64,000 nucleotides of DNA from the human T2T-CHM13v2.0 reference genome, Homo sapiens. The stretch's first letter is position 1. Each line of letters starts with the position of its first letter. The notes under the pieces were generated by a model that ran no database searches, was not told the origin of the DNA, and saw nothing but the letters and a program-made list of their open reading frames with translations. Below, piece by piece: positions 1 to 21,403 of this stretch. Position numbers and translations under genes: made by a program. The stretch lies in NCBI RefSeq assembly GCF_009914755.1, contig NC_060930.1; one strand, written 5' to 3'.

Positions 1-84
1 AGATAGAAGAGGGACTAACTATGTTCCCTTCTTTCTGTTCTGTGTGCCTGTTTTTTGTTTGTTTTATGTTTTGTTTTCTTAAAG

Positions 85-5967
<5,883 letters not shown>

Positions 5968-8507
5968 CCCCACGCCATGTGATGGAGCTGATCAAGGTCA
6001 TGTTTCTCACTGTTCCAGGAAATTGATCAACTCTTCCAATGGGACATTGATGATCACATTCTGCCCTTTACTACAGGACAGAAACCACTTAGTTTTTAAT
6101 AAGTGGCTCAGTATTACAATTGCAGCGATGCCTGGCAAATTGAAGTTGCAAGCCTTTGTCTTACTCTTTCAGTCAGGACCTATTTCAGACTGTTGATGAC
6201 ATTGACATTTCATGGATTCGGATGATGCAAGGAGACACATGCCACCCCAGCAGTACACAAAGCACTTACCTTGACTGGTGAAGTCAGCCAGCCATCTCAG
6301 CAGGGAAGAACAACCTTCTCAACCAAAACTGCAATCAGGAAAGCAGCAGCCCACTCCTTCCCATGGAATCTAGACAGCATTTATCCCTCTGGTGGGGGAA
6401 TCTCACACTGACTAACTGAATGGACGCTTTGTATTCAGAGATGGCTTCCAGGCAAGGAAGTTCTATCTTGTGATACGGAAACAATAAATTCCTGAGATAC
6501 ATTCTTCCAATCTGTGGTAATAATAAGAATTCCTCTCTGCCCAGATGGTAGGTTGATATTTCTGGACTCTAGCCAAGAAAAAGCTAATTCTGGGGATAGA
6601 ATGATAAAAGACTCAAGCACTAAAAATATACATTGCCGAATCTCTTTTTCTAGCTTTGAAAAGTTGTGGCCTGCTTGTCCCTCTGTTGACTGGTCATCTG
6701 GACCATCGTACTTGCTGTGGCTACTTCTAAGACAATGTAGAGGGTTATTAAACCTTGAAACTGCCTTTCCTAAGTAGAGAACAAGACTATTCAACAACTT
6801 CTTTGCTGAAGCACTGAGGAGATTTGTAATACTCCTAAAGGAAGGGCCAAACTAGAGATTTTCAATCATAGACTTTGTGACAGCATTTGGGGAACTAAAA
6901 GATTCATGTGTTTCAGCCTAGTGGGAGAGAGTGGGGGAGAGGAAGAGAGAGAGAGAGCATGTATACCCGTATGTTATCATAGAGCACGATTCTCCAGTGG
7001 ATGGATACCTGGAATGGATCATTAAGATGAAGAGAGTAATTCACATTTACTCTAGAACCTTTAACAAGCACTGAAAGGAAGAAGCCTGAGATTTGATCCT
7101 TGACAATTTCTGGAAAGCACTGGTCAGTCACACTGTCCTGGACAGAGTCCAAGTTACCCACTAAAGCTTGAGGTGGATGTTGGCTTCACTCCTGCAGCAC
7201 AATGCTGGCCCTAGAAAGCGAGCATTTTCATTCTTCCCATGGCAGCTGATTCTTTGGTGCCAGTTTTCATGTTTTCTCCATAGGCCTTGTGCAGAAAGGT
7301 TTTCTCATTGCATCCATACTGTGAGAATAAACTGCAGACTGAAAGAAACATGCCTGCAGGGTCAGGAACTGGGCCACTGTTCCCAGAACGGGTTGTGCCT
7401 CAGAAATCTATTTCTCTTTTAGATGTTGAACCCTGAGAGAACTAAGATGATATTTCAGAAGAGTTGGCTGCCTTCTCTGGAAACAAGGAAAACCCAATAA
7501 TTCCGAGGAACATTGGGGGTTAAATACCAAGAATAAAAATTGGTTCTTCTTTGACTTCAGCTTAACTGTATTAAGACAGAAATTAAGCCCTCTAAAAACA
7601 CCACAAAGAGAGATGATTGTAATGATAGAAATAGAGGTACAGAGCTATGCAAAGGAAACAGGAAGTGAAATATTCCTAGTCCCAGGGATCTGGTAATCGC
7701 TCCTGGCTTCCAGATGTCAAAGGACTGATCCTTTGGTAAGCTCACTAGAAACTTCTAGCTCTACAAGAGTTTGGGATATTAATGTTATTCAGTAAGTCCC
7801 AAGTTTTTCAGAGAATAGATTACTAACAATGAGGAATTTATATTCCTTGGTTAATTTAGGAGTCTAAGATGCAGAGTTCAGAAAGAAATTACTCAGACCT
7901 AACTTTGAGTGCTTAAGCTGCCAACAGTTAGAAGATGCTATTTATTTGTGTCTGTAAGTTTGTACATAGTAATGCCAGCCTTGTTGCTGAATTTTTTATT
8001 TGGGGGGAGATGACTTTGAATTTTGTTTGAAATGCTTCAGTTGTCATTTTGTCATTGCATTTCAAATAGCTCATGACCCTTTTCTTGTGGTCACTTTGGC
8101 ACACCATAGTAGCCCACAAAGTGGGGGCAGGGTATTGACATTTGGATTTTTTCTTTGATACTAGTTCTTTTATTCATTTTTATTTGTGACTGTAGTGATA
8201 ACTTTACAGATGGAGAAAGAGTGAATGGATGAATGAATAATTGGTTTAATGCCTAGTTATGCAACTTGAGTGCTTTTTTTTTTTTTTGCAGGATAATTTT
8301 AAGTGTATATATTTTAACTGCACTGGTACATTGAACATGTCAGTGTCGATGCCACTGGACCAACAGAGCATTTTGTGGCTATAGGGTGCCTGATAATAAT
8401 GTCTTGATTTTTCTTTGGGATTCAACTATATCGAAGGTTTTTCCCCCAGCAGTATGGGGGCGTACAGGTGATCGATCATTAATGTCATTGCAATTGTTAT
8501 TTTTTAA

Positions 8508-8513
8508 AATAAA
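8508..8513 (+). terminator. Poly(A) signal (NFYA, proximal or major candidate)
   Basis: AATAAA in a U-rich context with downstream GT-rich sequence (tgtgactttt, tttgtgttt). Confidence 0.6.
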
Positions 8514-9289
8514 TTTATAAAAATAACCGAAAAGTAATGTGACTTTTGAGGAATCTGCAACTCCTGGGTTCTAGTTTGTGTTTCCAGTGTTGAAATTTTG
8601 ATCTCCCCCGACAAGACTTGTCTGCATGGACGGTGTCTCTGTAAACAGTATCAAACTTGTAATGTCTGAGCCTCTTAGCTTTATCTCCCCTTAATTTCTT
8701 CCCTTTTGGCCCTTCCACCCTGTTGAGGAGATTTTTTCTGTCACCTGCAGGCTGATCATACATTTGATGCTACTACTGAAAGTGTTTATCAAAATGTGAT
8801 GAAGTAATTCCATGAGGAAAATTAGCCGTTATCACAAAAACAGCCTTAAGTATTGTAGAATTTCAGGTAGTGAAGATGTACTATTTACGTTTTGTTAGAT
8901 TTTGTTTTGGCAGAAGACCAAAACAAAAGTACTTTTCTGATTGTTAAAAATCCACAGCATGCTCACCTTGTTACTGTTTTACCTTACGGTCGCTGGGAAT
9001 CTAAGCAACAAAGACTAGAAGCCTCCGATATGCCATTATCAACACACAAGAGACAAACAGCCCGAGGAAGCACTCAATGATGAGAGCAGTAGACCTGCCC
9101 TGGCAGATGAGAGAGGAGAAACTCTCCACAATGAAGGAAAAGCACTGACAGTATTTGATAGCTTTAGTCAAACTGTGCTTGAGTTTGGCTTAGATTTATG
9201 CCAGTGGAACCTGTCCTTACCAAATTCAGAGATGACCCAAGATTCTACTCTGTGGTATGAGGGAAAGACCTCTCGATATTTATCTCACA

Positions 9290-9880
9290 CCAACGGCTTT
9301 ATCGTAGGAGCGTCTTCGCCTCCCCCGTTTCCAGTAGAAAAGACAGCTTTGCTCCTTTGAAAGCGCAGACCGCCGCACCTCCAGCCCCTTCTCCCCGGGG
9401 AAGTAGGCCCCGCTAAGAATGTGGGAAGGTGGTGGGGCGGCGACTGAAGTCGCTTCCGATTGGCGTTGTCCCAAGGAAGCCTGCGCGGATTGATCGGCGG
9501 CAGGCCTCCAATAGAGCCTGCTAGGCGGATTGGCTGCTACGCGGCTGGGCCCTGTTTCCGGTACCTAGGCGGGCAGCCATGGTGACCGGCGAGCGGCATG
9601 CGACGCCGCCTCTGTGGCCTGTGGAGGCCCGCTTGGCGGCGCTGCTTCCCGACCTACTGGTCTTTCGGAAGCCTCGGGGATGGGAACCCGAGCTCGCCAC
9701 GGCCCAGGGCGTCCTCCTAGGCGTCCATGTGACGGGTGAGGGCGACGGCCGGCACTTGCACTTAAGTCTCCTGGCCTGCGGGAGAGGCGGCCGTTGGGTC
9801 TAAGCCCCTGGAGGCCTCGACGGTTACAGGCCTAGCCTCCCGCGAGCTAAGGCACAGTTTAACTTCGTGCTGCGGCTTCC
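9290..9880. promoter_or_regulatory. CpG island promoter of ADCY10P1 with GC box (9434-9440), CCAAT boxes (9459-9463 -, 9508-9512 +, 9529-9533 -) and an ETS-like site (9555-9562)
   Basis: Abrupt GC- and CpG-rich segment; motifs GGGGCGG, ccgATTGGcg, ctCCAATag, cggATTGGct and TTTCCGGT read directly; Kozak GCCATGG with ATG at 9579. Confidence 0.85.
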
Positions 9881-10934
9881 TTAGGAAACTTTGAGTATCT
9901 TCGTTTTAGCGTGGGAGGACATCTTTTGGGATGAACCGGCTCAGTCCTTGAGCTCACCCCAAAGATGATGAAATTGAAACTCAGAGGAAAGGATTTTTAC
10001 AGGACCACGCCCCGGGCTTTGAACCCGTTTTTCCCAACCCCGAGCATTTTCTATTAAGCGTTCTGTTTCAATTATTTTATTCGTTCAGTTAATTCGTTCT
10101 TGGCGTCATAAGTATATGCCCGCCGTTGTTCTGGCCGTAGCTATCTAGCAGCCACTCCGCGAGTCGTTCATTTAACAAATACTTACTCTGTGTCAGGGAT
10201 ATGAAGATGGGTAATACCAGGTGCCTGTCCTCACTGTGTGAGTGGTTCTCTAGCCAGACATGAGGAGGGATCCTATTGTTTCCCATAGCTAGGCAGCCTA
10301 AGAGAGTAGGGGAAAGAGCTGGCTCCAGATGAAAAGGGCACCATCTCCAGCTCTTGGAAGCAGAGAGGGTGGTCCTTTGGATTCCCAGTGGCAGCAGCAA
10401 CCAACCTGGCCCTTAGTAGTTTCTAAGTTACACCATGTTAATGGATAAAGGAATTACTCAGCTTGAAGGGATCTGTTTCCTTTACACTGGCCTGATGTGT
10501 GGGGAGAAAGGGGCCAAAAAGTTTAGGATTTGGAGTTAACATCGTAATTTCTGCTTTGTTGGTCAGGGTTTACAGCATTAATGGACAGGTTCACCCTGAC
10601 CTACAAGTCGGAACGTGACATGGACAAACTGGCCCATATCTTCAGTTATTACATTAGTGACATCGTGGAGCGTGAGTGATCATTGTAGGGTAACAAGGTG
10701 TGGTGCTGGGCTCCTGGGGGTTTATAAAAGAAGGGGGCCAGAAGTACTTTAAAACAGGTACCAAAGGGTCATTCCTTTAGCATCATTCATCTTTGGTTTC
10801 TTCAAGTTGCCACTGAAAAGCTAGACCTTTGCCTATTATCTGCTAATCTACCCAGTCTCACATTCTATTGACTCATTGTTCAAAGGGGGGGCAGGAGGAG
10901 CTAATTTCCTTTGCACATTTGTATTTTATTTCAA

Positions 10935-10940
10935 AATAAA
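10935..10940 (+). terminator. Poly(A) signal (NFYA distal; also intronic for ADCY10P1)
   Basis: AATAAA with upstream TGTA and U-rich sequence and downstream gtgtgt. Confidence 0.6.
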
Positions 10941-11119
10941 GTATTCTCTTCTAACAATAACGTATCTCAAGTGTGTATTCAGACAAAATTTATAAAACAT
11001 CTTTTTATTATTATATTTTGATCCTGTGAGGAAAGAATAGGTGTTTTCTTATTTTCTGCCATGTATTAAGCTTTTAGATATTTGCCAGATATCCAGTATC
11101 TGGAAAAAACTCATTTATG

Positions 11120-13200
11120 TAGTACCCATGTTTTGAGTACCTACCCTGTGACATGGACTGTAATAGGTGCAGGCAGGGCAAGAACCCACTCTTGAACTTT
11201 TTAGTTAGGCCTACCCAACAGAAATTACTCTGACCTTATACCTTTTAGTACTTACGTAACATTCTCATCCTTTACTGACAGTGCCCTGTATGCTTCCGTC
11301 CATCATTCTGAGATTCACCAGAATAATTACTTTGAGGCATCTCCGTTAAGAATTTGATTATTTGACTTACCTCTTATCCTTAAGGAACACATGGAAGGTC
11401 GTTTGCTTTTTCTTATAGGTTTGGATGAAGGGGAAGATAAACATTCTATATCGTGTATGTACTCTAATACCAGCAACTTCTGGGTACTAGAACTACAGGG
11501 GAAAGTAAGACAGAGTACCCTCGTGGAGTTTCCATTTTAGTGGGACAGACAATAAACACAATAATTGTAGCTTATATATTCTATCAAGGAAATAAACATA
11601 GTATAGTGGTAAAAAAAAAACACAAAAAATAATTTTAGGGTAGGGGAGTATATGAGACAGGGTGGTCATAGGCTCCTCTGAGGAGGTATTATTTAAGCTG
11701 ACACTTGAAGGATGAGGGGAACAGCTTGTGAAGAACTAGGGGTAAAGCATTTCAGACAGAATACCAAGTGCAAAGGTCCTGAGACAGGAGAAAGCTCGGC
11801 ATGCTCTAGGAGCTAAAAGAAGGCCAGTGCAGGCCAAAACGTAGCTCGCAGGGTGAAGAGTGGTTTGAGGCAAGGTTGGGGGATGGTAGCTATGAGACCA
11901 CCACGCTCTGTAGTCCATAGTGAAGAGTTGGAATTATATATTTCTGTATAAAGGAAAACTGTGGAAAGGTCTAGCAGGGGAGTAATATGATCTGATTAAC
12001 ACTTTAAAGCTGATTTTGGCTACCTTGTGGAGATTGAATGCTGGTGGAAAGTGAATTTAAGAATAGAAGCTGGAAGAGGCAATTGTCCTGGAAAGATGTT
12101 GGAGATTTGGTCTAGAGCAGTGGTTCTCAACCTCAGCTGTGGTTGCCTGAGGAGCTTTTTAATTGTTTTTTCTTTTTTCTTTTTTTTTTTTTGTAAGAGA
12201 CTGGGGTCTCAGTATGTTGCCAAGTTTGTCTTGAACTCTAGAGCTTAAAAGATTCTTCTGCCTCAACCTCTCAAATAGCTAGGACTGCAGGTACCATACC
12301 ACCTTGTCTAACAAAAAATCTTAATGCCTAAGCTTCACCCCAGGCCATTTAAATCGGACTTTCTTAAGGTTGGCCCAGGAATAAGACCTTTTAAAGTTTC
12401 ATAGGCAATTCCAATGTGCGGTCAAGACTGAAGATTGTTGGTGTAGAGGTATGGCAGGGGAGCTGTGTGGGGTAGATTAACCTGAAATATATTTTGCAGG
12501 TTCAACAGACAGGAGTTGCTAATACGTTGAATTTCAGTGGGAAGTGGTGAGAAAAAGGACTCAGTTTTTTGGCTTTCATAAATGAATTGATCGTGTCATT
12601 TACCAAGACAGGAAAGACTGAACATTGAGAAAGAAAATCAAGAGTTCTGTTTTGAGTATGTTGAGTTTGAGATGCCAATAAGTCATTCAAGTGGAGAATG
12701 ACTCCATTCAAGTGGAGAATCCAGCTATGATTGAGCCTGGAGCTCAGAGAAGAGATCCCTGTTAGAGATGAAAATGTGAGTTGATGGCATAAAGTGGGAC
12801 TTAAAGTTAAGAACCGATTGAGTTCATGTTGGGAGAGCATAAATAAAGAGAAAGAGCCTTTGGCTGAGGCTTGAGGAACTCCAGGGGAGGATTATGATAA
12901 GGGAGAAAGAACCTGAAAAAGAGACTACAAACAGCCAGTGAGGTAGGATATTGTGGTGTTCCTGAAGCCAAAGGAGAGGTAGTGTCTCTAGAAGAAAGCT
13001 GCAGCTAGCTGGGTTGAAAATGACAGCTGTCAAGTACAGTGAGGTCAGAGAGGTATTGAATTTAGCAAGATTAATGCTGTTGATGACCTTGATAATTTGA
13101 AGTGGTGGAGGTAGAAGTCAGAGTGGAGTAAGCTGAGAAAAAGAATGACAGAGAAAACATTTAAGAGGAAGAGTAAATGGGAGATGAGGAAAATATATAT
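11120..13200 (-). mobile_element. Ancient L2 fragments interrupted by a MER5-like element (about 12117-12440) containing an Alu monomer (about 12170-12305)
   Basis: L2-like motifs (tgcaaaggtcctgaga, gagtttgagatgcc); MER5-type terminus cagtggttctcaacc; boundaries approximate. Confidence 0.55.
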
Positions 13201-14629
13201 AGCCAACTTTTTTGAGATTTGGGGGTTTTGTTTGTTGTGAATGTAGCAGGAAAAAAAATGGAGCTAATAGGCAGAAGATAAGGTAGAACCAAGAATATGT
13301 GGGTTATTTTTGTGTGTTTTGGTTTTGTTTTTTAAGCTATTGATGAGAATATTTCAGTAGAGAGATTAGGAACGGTGTGAAGTTCTTGAGAAGGTAAAAG
13401 GGGATAAGATTCCTATCACAAATGGGGTGGCTTTGAAGAGAGCAGGAATTCTTCCATTTTAGAAACGATGTATGTAGGTGCAGATAGATTTGGGGAGAAA
13501 ATGAAAAGAAGGAAGAAGGAGCCTGAGTCTTGGAGTGAGCAAATGGACAAGAATGATGTCAGGATAAACTCAGTAGGCCATTCTTTTGACCATATATGAT
13601 TCTGCCCTGATCTGGTTTATATCTGATTTTGACTCATTTTCCTCTCTCTTCCTTACTTGATTTCAGATGTTCTCTGTTTTGGAGGGGATATCCTAAATAT
13701 CACAGGTATTTTTTTAGTTTTTCTGAATACTTAAAAGACTGAGTGAGGAGGACTATATTTAGGTGGAATTCAGCATATTGGTTTATTCAGCATTGTTTGA
13801 TTAATAGGTACTGGACCCTGGGGATACAAAGATGAGGAAGACATAGTCTGTGCCTCAAAGGATCCCCCAGTCTAATGGAAAAGCTTTGCCCAAATTAAAC
13901 TCTCACATGCTTTGCATTTTTGTTTAGATTGAAGGACAGCAAAATAAGTGCCAATAAAGCGTTCTTGAGAAAACTAATGAGAAATTTGGTCATTAATAGC
14001 AGAAGCTAAGCATGAGATGGGGAGGAGTTAAGCATGTCCTATCTGGAGAACTCAGGATCACTAACAGCTGTATGCCCCGGAGTTGGCCTGTCTTCTTATT
14101 TAAACATAATAAAACCAGCCATCAAATTAGATATGAACTTGAACCCACATTTTATGAATCTTTTGCTAGTACCTCTCCTCCTCTGTTAGTATACTGGTGG
14201 AAGGAAGATTACCAAAAATATCCTTAGGATCATTTAAACTTCTACCTAGTTACGTTTTTACTGAATGATTTTGAGGATCTGAAGCAGTATTTTAACCTAG
14301 CATAATGTATACAGCCAAGAAACCTTGCCTGATAACTTACTTGATATCCACACTGGGTCAAGTTGATCTTCTGCATTACTGGGACTTTGCCCTGGACCAA
14401 GTAAGTCTAGATATTTGGTCCCCATCAGCCTATCCTGTGTGTCTGCAGGGAACATGCTCCTGGCACTCTGGAGAGTAGAACAAAATCAACTGAGTGACAT
14501 CATTACCTTGGTGGCAAAATGCAGTCTGGAGATACAGGAGAAATTTGGGATCTATCATACCAGGGAAGGCCAGGACCTGCAGTTAAAGATAGGTAGTACC
14601 TCCTAAAAGAGTGATCCAGTTGGGCAAGG

Positions 14630-15910
<1,281 letters not shown>

Positions 15911-16222
15911 GACAGAATCAAAAATATAATACAATATAATAAAAATTAAAAAGCTACATACAGGGGCCAAAGTTTCACCAATGGCAGAGTCAGGATTGGA
16001 GGCGAAGCTCAATATACAAAGCTCCTTCACAAGGGTTCAGAAAACTCCTCAAGGGCAAAAGTTGGCTCCAGCTATTCTTTTATGTTTTGAGGAGCAGTGG
16101 TAAAGGATTATATTCTGTCTTATATGGCATCTCTTTTGTCCTGCCGTCTTTTTTGTTTCTTTTGGTTTTTGTTGTATTAAGGATAATTGATACTATACAT
16201 TGGCATATTTATACACTTTTGA

Positions 16223-16694
<472 letters not shown>

Positions 16695-17625
16695 GTAAGG
16701 TATTATTTTTAAAGGTTAGCTCACCTAAGACTTCCGCAGCTGAGGGCAGTAACAAGATAGGCATGATGCACAGAGCCATGTGGGGATTCCAGACCCCTCC
16801 TGTTGCATAGTTTCCCAGTTGAATTTGACTCTTCTCCATTTATCTCATTTTTTTCTGGATAGGTCTACCTGCAAGTCGGATTTCCCAGGTTATTGTTGGA
16901 GATGAGCGGCAGCAATACCTCTTGGTGATTGGGCAGGTTGTAGTGATGTCCAGTTAGCTCAGCGTTTGGCTCAGGCGAATGAAATTGTCCTATCCTGGAA
17001 CTGCTGGATGCTTTGCAAGCAGTATATGTTTGAAGTGGCAATCATGAGGGAGGATGAAGCTGTGAAGGTAGGAGGCTAGCTTCCTGTACTGCCATTCTGA
17101 AAAGGCCTTCCTAGTACACAGCGCAATGCTCTGGTAGTGTTCACATATTGCCTGGCCAAACCAATGACCATTGGAACTCAATTTAGGAGGGAGGCTGGGA
17201 ATATTCTCCTATGAAGATAGATGAGGTAGAACAGTGAGGCTGAGGAGATAAAAGGCAAACAAGGGCAATAGAATCCTCAGCCTTTCTTGTGTGGGGGCAC
17301 AGAATTAAACAGTTTCCTTTCTGTAGTTAAGAGATATGTGGATCATTGATCCATTTGATTTTGATGAGCATTTTGACAAGTGCCTCAATTATCTACCACA
17401 TTACCGTACGAGTGCTGGTAAGTTACTTTGTCCTTCCTACCTAAGCCCCAAATTTTAAACATTAATTTTCCACATGGCCAGGGACATTTTGTTTTTCTTT
17501 TCTCAGAGACTCTTAAGAACTGCACTGGAATTGGATCCACACTCTGAACTTGACCAAAAGCTGCAGAAGCACATAATGAAAAACCTTTTGAAGAAGCTTA
17601 TTTCCTAGTTCTTGAATCCTCATAG

Positions 17626-17627
<2 letters not shown>

Positions 17628-17695
<68 letters not shown>

Positions 17696-17701
17696 TGTGT
17701 G
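17628..17701. repeat. Compound (TC)n(TG)n microsatellite
   Basis: About 25 TC units followed by about 12 TG units. Confidence 0.97.
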
Positions 17702-18549
17702 CATGCACATGCATAAACAGGTGTACAATTATAAGTGACAACTTTTTTATATTTATCCAGTTAATCTCCAGCAACCCATTGTAATTCCAGCAAATTTACC
17801 CATCTGTGCCAACATAATACTGTGATGAACATGTCTTAAACCTTTAGTTAGATTTCTCAGTCCTAGAAAGTAGAAGCCATATTTGTTCTTTAGTTTGTTC
17901 TTTAACAATTTAGTACACTGTAAGAAGGGTATAGAGTGTATGTTTGGTAAATATAAGTTGACTGATTGTATATATATGAATATATGTGAATTCCTTAGTA
18001 AGAGATGTAATGACTAATGGATGTGTCAAATTAATTCTTAGAGAGTAAATCTTGACAGATTTCATCAGTGAATTCTGCCTAAAGTCAGTTTTAATTCCAA
18101 GTTCATTGGTTTGTATATCTTCTATACTGAATTTTCTTTTAAGTTTTTGCTGAGACCCATAAGTTGTTTTCTCATACATACCATGAAATACATAATTAAA
18201 AATGCCTGAACATGATGTTGATAGTTGAAAATACAGGTAGGTAACTCAATGTGTCTTTATAGATTGATGAAGGCCAGCCTATAGAGTATGTATCTGAATT
18301 CCGTACGATGACTCTGGTTTTGGTCAGCCTAGAGTTCCACAGGACAGCGTGGATGTTGCATTTGTGTCATCTTATCCAGGAGGCTGCCTTATACATCTCC
18401 ACAGTCATTGAGAAAGGGGGCGGCCAGCTGAGTCGGATCTTTATGTTTGAGAAAGTAAGTACAAGGGAACTTGACCCATCAGCATTAAAGGTGAGTGAGG
18501 AGTAATGGTCTTGTACAACCAGTTGATCTCCCACATAATGCAAGTGTAA

Positions 18550-18972
<423 letters not shown>

Positions 18973-19303
18973 TAATTTTCAAGGTTACTGAGGGTTACTC
19001 TCCATGTCATTTTTTATTGAATTCTTATTGAAGAATCCTTGTGAAAGCATAAAGAATGTTTTTCTGGTTCTATTAGTAAATTAAATGTAATCAAGTCTTT
19101 GTCAGATAATTAAAGATCTTGAAAAAAAGCAGAATCTTAACACTTGACATTATAGGTGAAGAAAATGTGGGCACATAGACTCAGCTCAAGGTATATACTA
19201 GAAATTAAATTTTTGAAAAGTTCTTGATAGCAATTTTTCTTGTGTTTTAAATTTCAGTTCTTTGAATAGTTAAATCAAGATTTTTGTTAATGTCTATGTT
19301 GCT

Positions 19304-19626
<323 letters not shown>

Positions 19627-20719
19627 TTATGAATCATGTAGAATCTGATATTTCCAACAGAAGAGTGTTCAAGGATAGGGTCTGGGTTCATTCGGTGGAG
19701 CTGGTTTAGTTTAGGCAAGCCACATTCCTTTCCCAGGTAAGTGTCTCATTTCTTTGTTTGTCATCTATCCCAGGGCTGCATGTTCCTCTGTGTTTTCGGC
19801 CTTCCTGGTGATAAGAAGCCAGACGAGTGTGCACATGCCCTGGAGAGCTCCTTCAGCATCTTCAGCTTCTGCTGGGAGAATCTTGCTAAGACCAACTGAG
19901 GAGGAAGGTGGGGCAGAGAGGAGCTTCTCAGGCCCCAGGGGCTCTTCAGGCAGGGTAGGAGGCAGTAACAAGTGGCAGGGATTCAAGTAGTCCAGAATCT
20001 GCCTAACTCGGAGGGAACATGCTAAGGAAAGTGAGCAAACAAGATCTATTAAGAAATCACTAGATACAGATCTCTGTACTGGATACCCAGGGGAAATAAA
20101 GATACATTCCCATTCAGCGGGTCAGGAAAAGGGGAGAAACAGAACAGACATACCAAGATTCGAGAACACTGCAAGGGAACAAGCAAATGTGTAAATTAAT
20201 GTGATGCAAATAACATGCCTGTGGAGAGGATGCAGAATAAAGGCTGCCTGTCTACGAGAGAGTATGAGAGAAGTTGTGGAGAAATTACCTAGATAGAAAG
20301 GAACCACAGCTGGTTAGCACTCTCTTGGCTTTCATTCTGGGTCTTTCCCAGATCTTATTGCTTTTTCTGGACCTTACACTGAACTGATCTCCCTCTTCCA
20401 CATCCACGCCTCACCCAACCACCTTTCACAAAACCTAACCCAGATGAAGGTATAGAAAAATCTATTTTCCCACTAGTTGCATTATGATAAAGTTTGTTGG
20501 AAGTTTTCAATTGACTTTTTAAAATAGAAAGCTATGGAGAAAGTGTATACATGAATGAATTTTAAAAATAGTTACTTCCAATGTTAACATCGAATCAGAT
20601 TGGTTTGCTTGCCACAACTTATTCAAAATGGATAAAAATTATATCAAACATGTACATAGTACTTTAACATTTATAGAATACTTTAGTATATGCTACCAAT
20701 GTGAAAATTTGTATCCCTC

Positions 20720-20993
20720 TTTATTTTTTACTTTTTTTTAGAGACAGAGTCTTGCTCTGTTTCCCAGGCTAAAGTTCCGTGGCACAATCACGGCTCACTG
20801 CATCCTCAACCTCATCCTTCCAAGTAGCTCAGACTATAAGCACACGCCCCACACTGGGCTATTTTTTTTATTTTTAGTAGAGACAAGGTCTTGCTGTGTT
20901 GCCCAGGCTGCTTTCGAACTCCTGAGCCCAAGCGATCCTCCCACCTCGGCCTCCCAAAGTGCTGGAATTATAGGTGTAAGCCACTATGCCCAG
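20720..20993 (-). mobile_element. Alu (AluJ-like)
   Basis: Diverged dimer with cccaagcgatcctccc. Confidence 0.8.
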
Positions 20994-21403
20994 GTCCTCT
21001 TTTATACATGAGGAAATAAAAGTCACAGAAGAGAAGTTACTAGCATATAACAGAGCTTGTAATGAAACCCAGATCTTCAGTCTTCAAATCCTGTGTTGTT
21101 TCATTACTTATCCCCCACCTGCCTCTTATAAAATGCAAATGCTCCCCCAAAAGAATAGAATATGCTATTAATGTGATATAATTATAGATACACGCTCATA
21201 GAATGTTACTATTGGAAAGGAATTTAGAGATTATCTGATCCAAGCCTTATTTTAGAGATAAGAAAGATGCTACAGTTGCTTAATAGATACTCAGACTCTG
21301 CCCAAGGCAAATACATGTTAACACTTCTTTCAGGTTTGGTGGGATCTGCAGATACTCCTATATCCTACCTCCCAATCTTATCTCCAGGGTGGAAATGCTG
21401 GGC

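Larger units (their letters stand above)
5968..10960 (+). other. NFYA: NFYA 3'UTR with alternative poly(A) sites; longest form probably ends near 10960
   Basis: Repeat-poor ~5 kb stretch after the stop; AATAAA at 6483, 7326, 7532, 8508 and 10935. The distal end agrees with my recollection of a ~6 kb mRNA overlapping the ADCY10P1 5' end. Confidence 0.65.

Noticed and set aside
6435-9474. Short ORFs on both strands in the NFYA 3'UTR
   Set aside because: No recognisable homology or exon structure; lengths are within chance expectation
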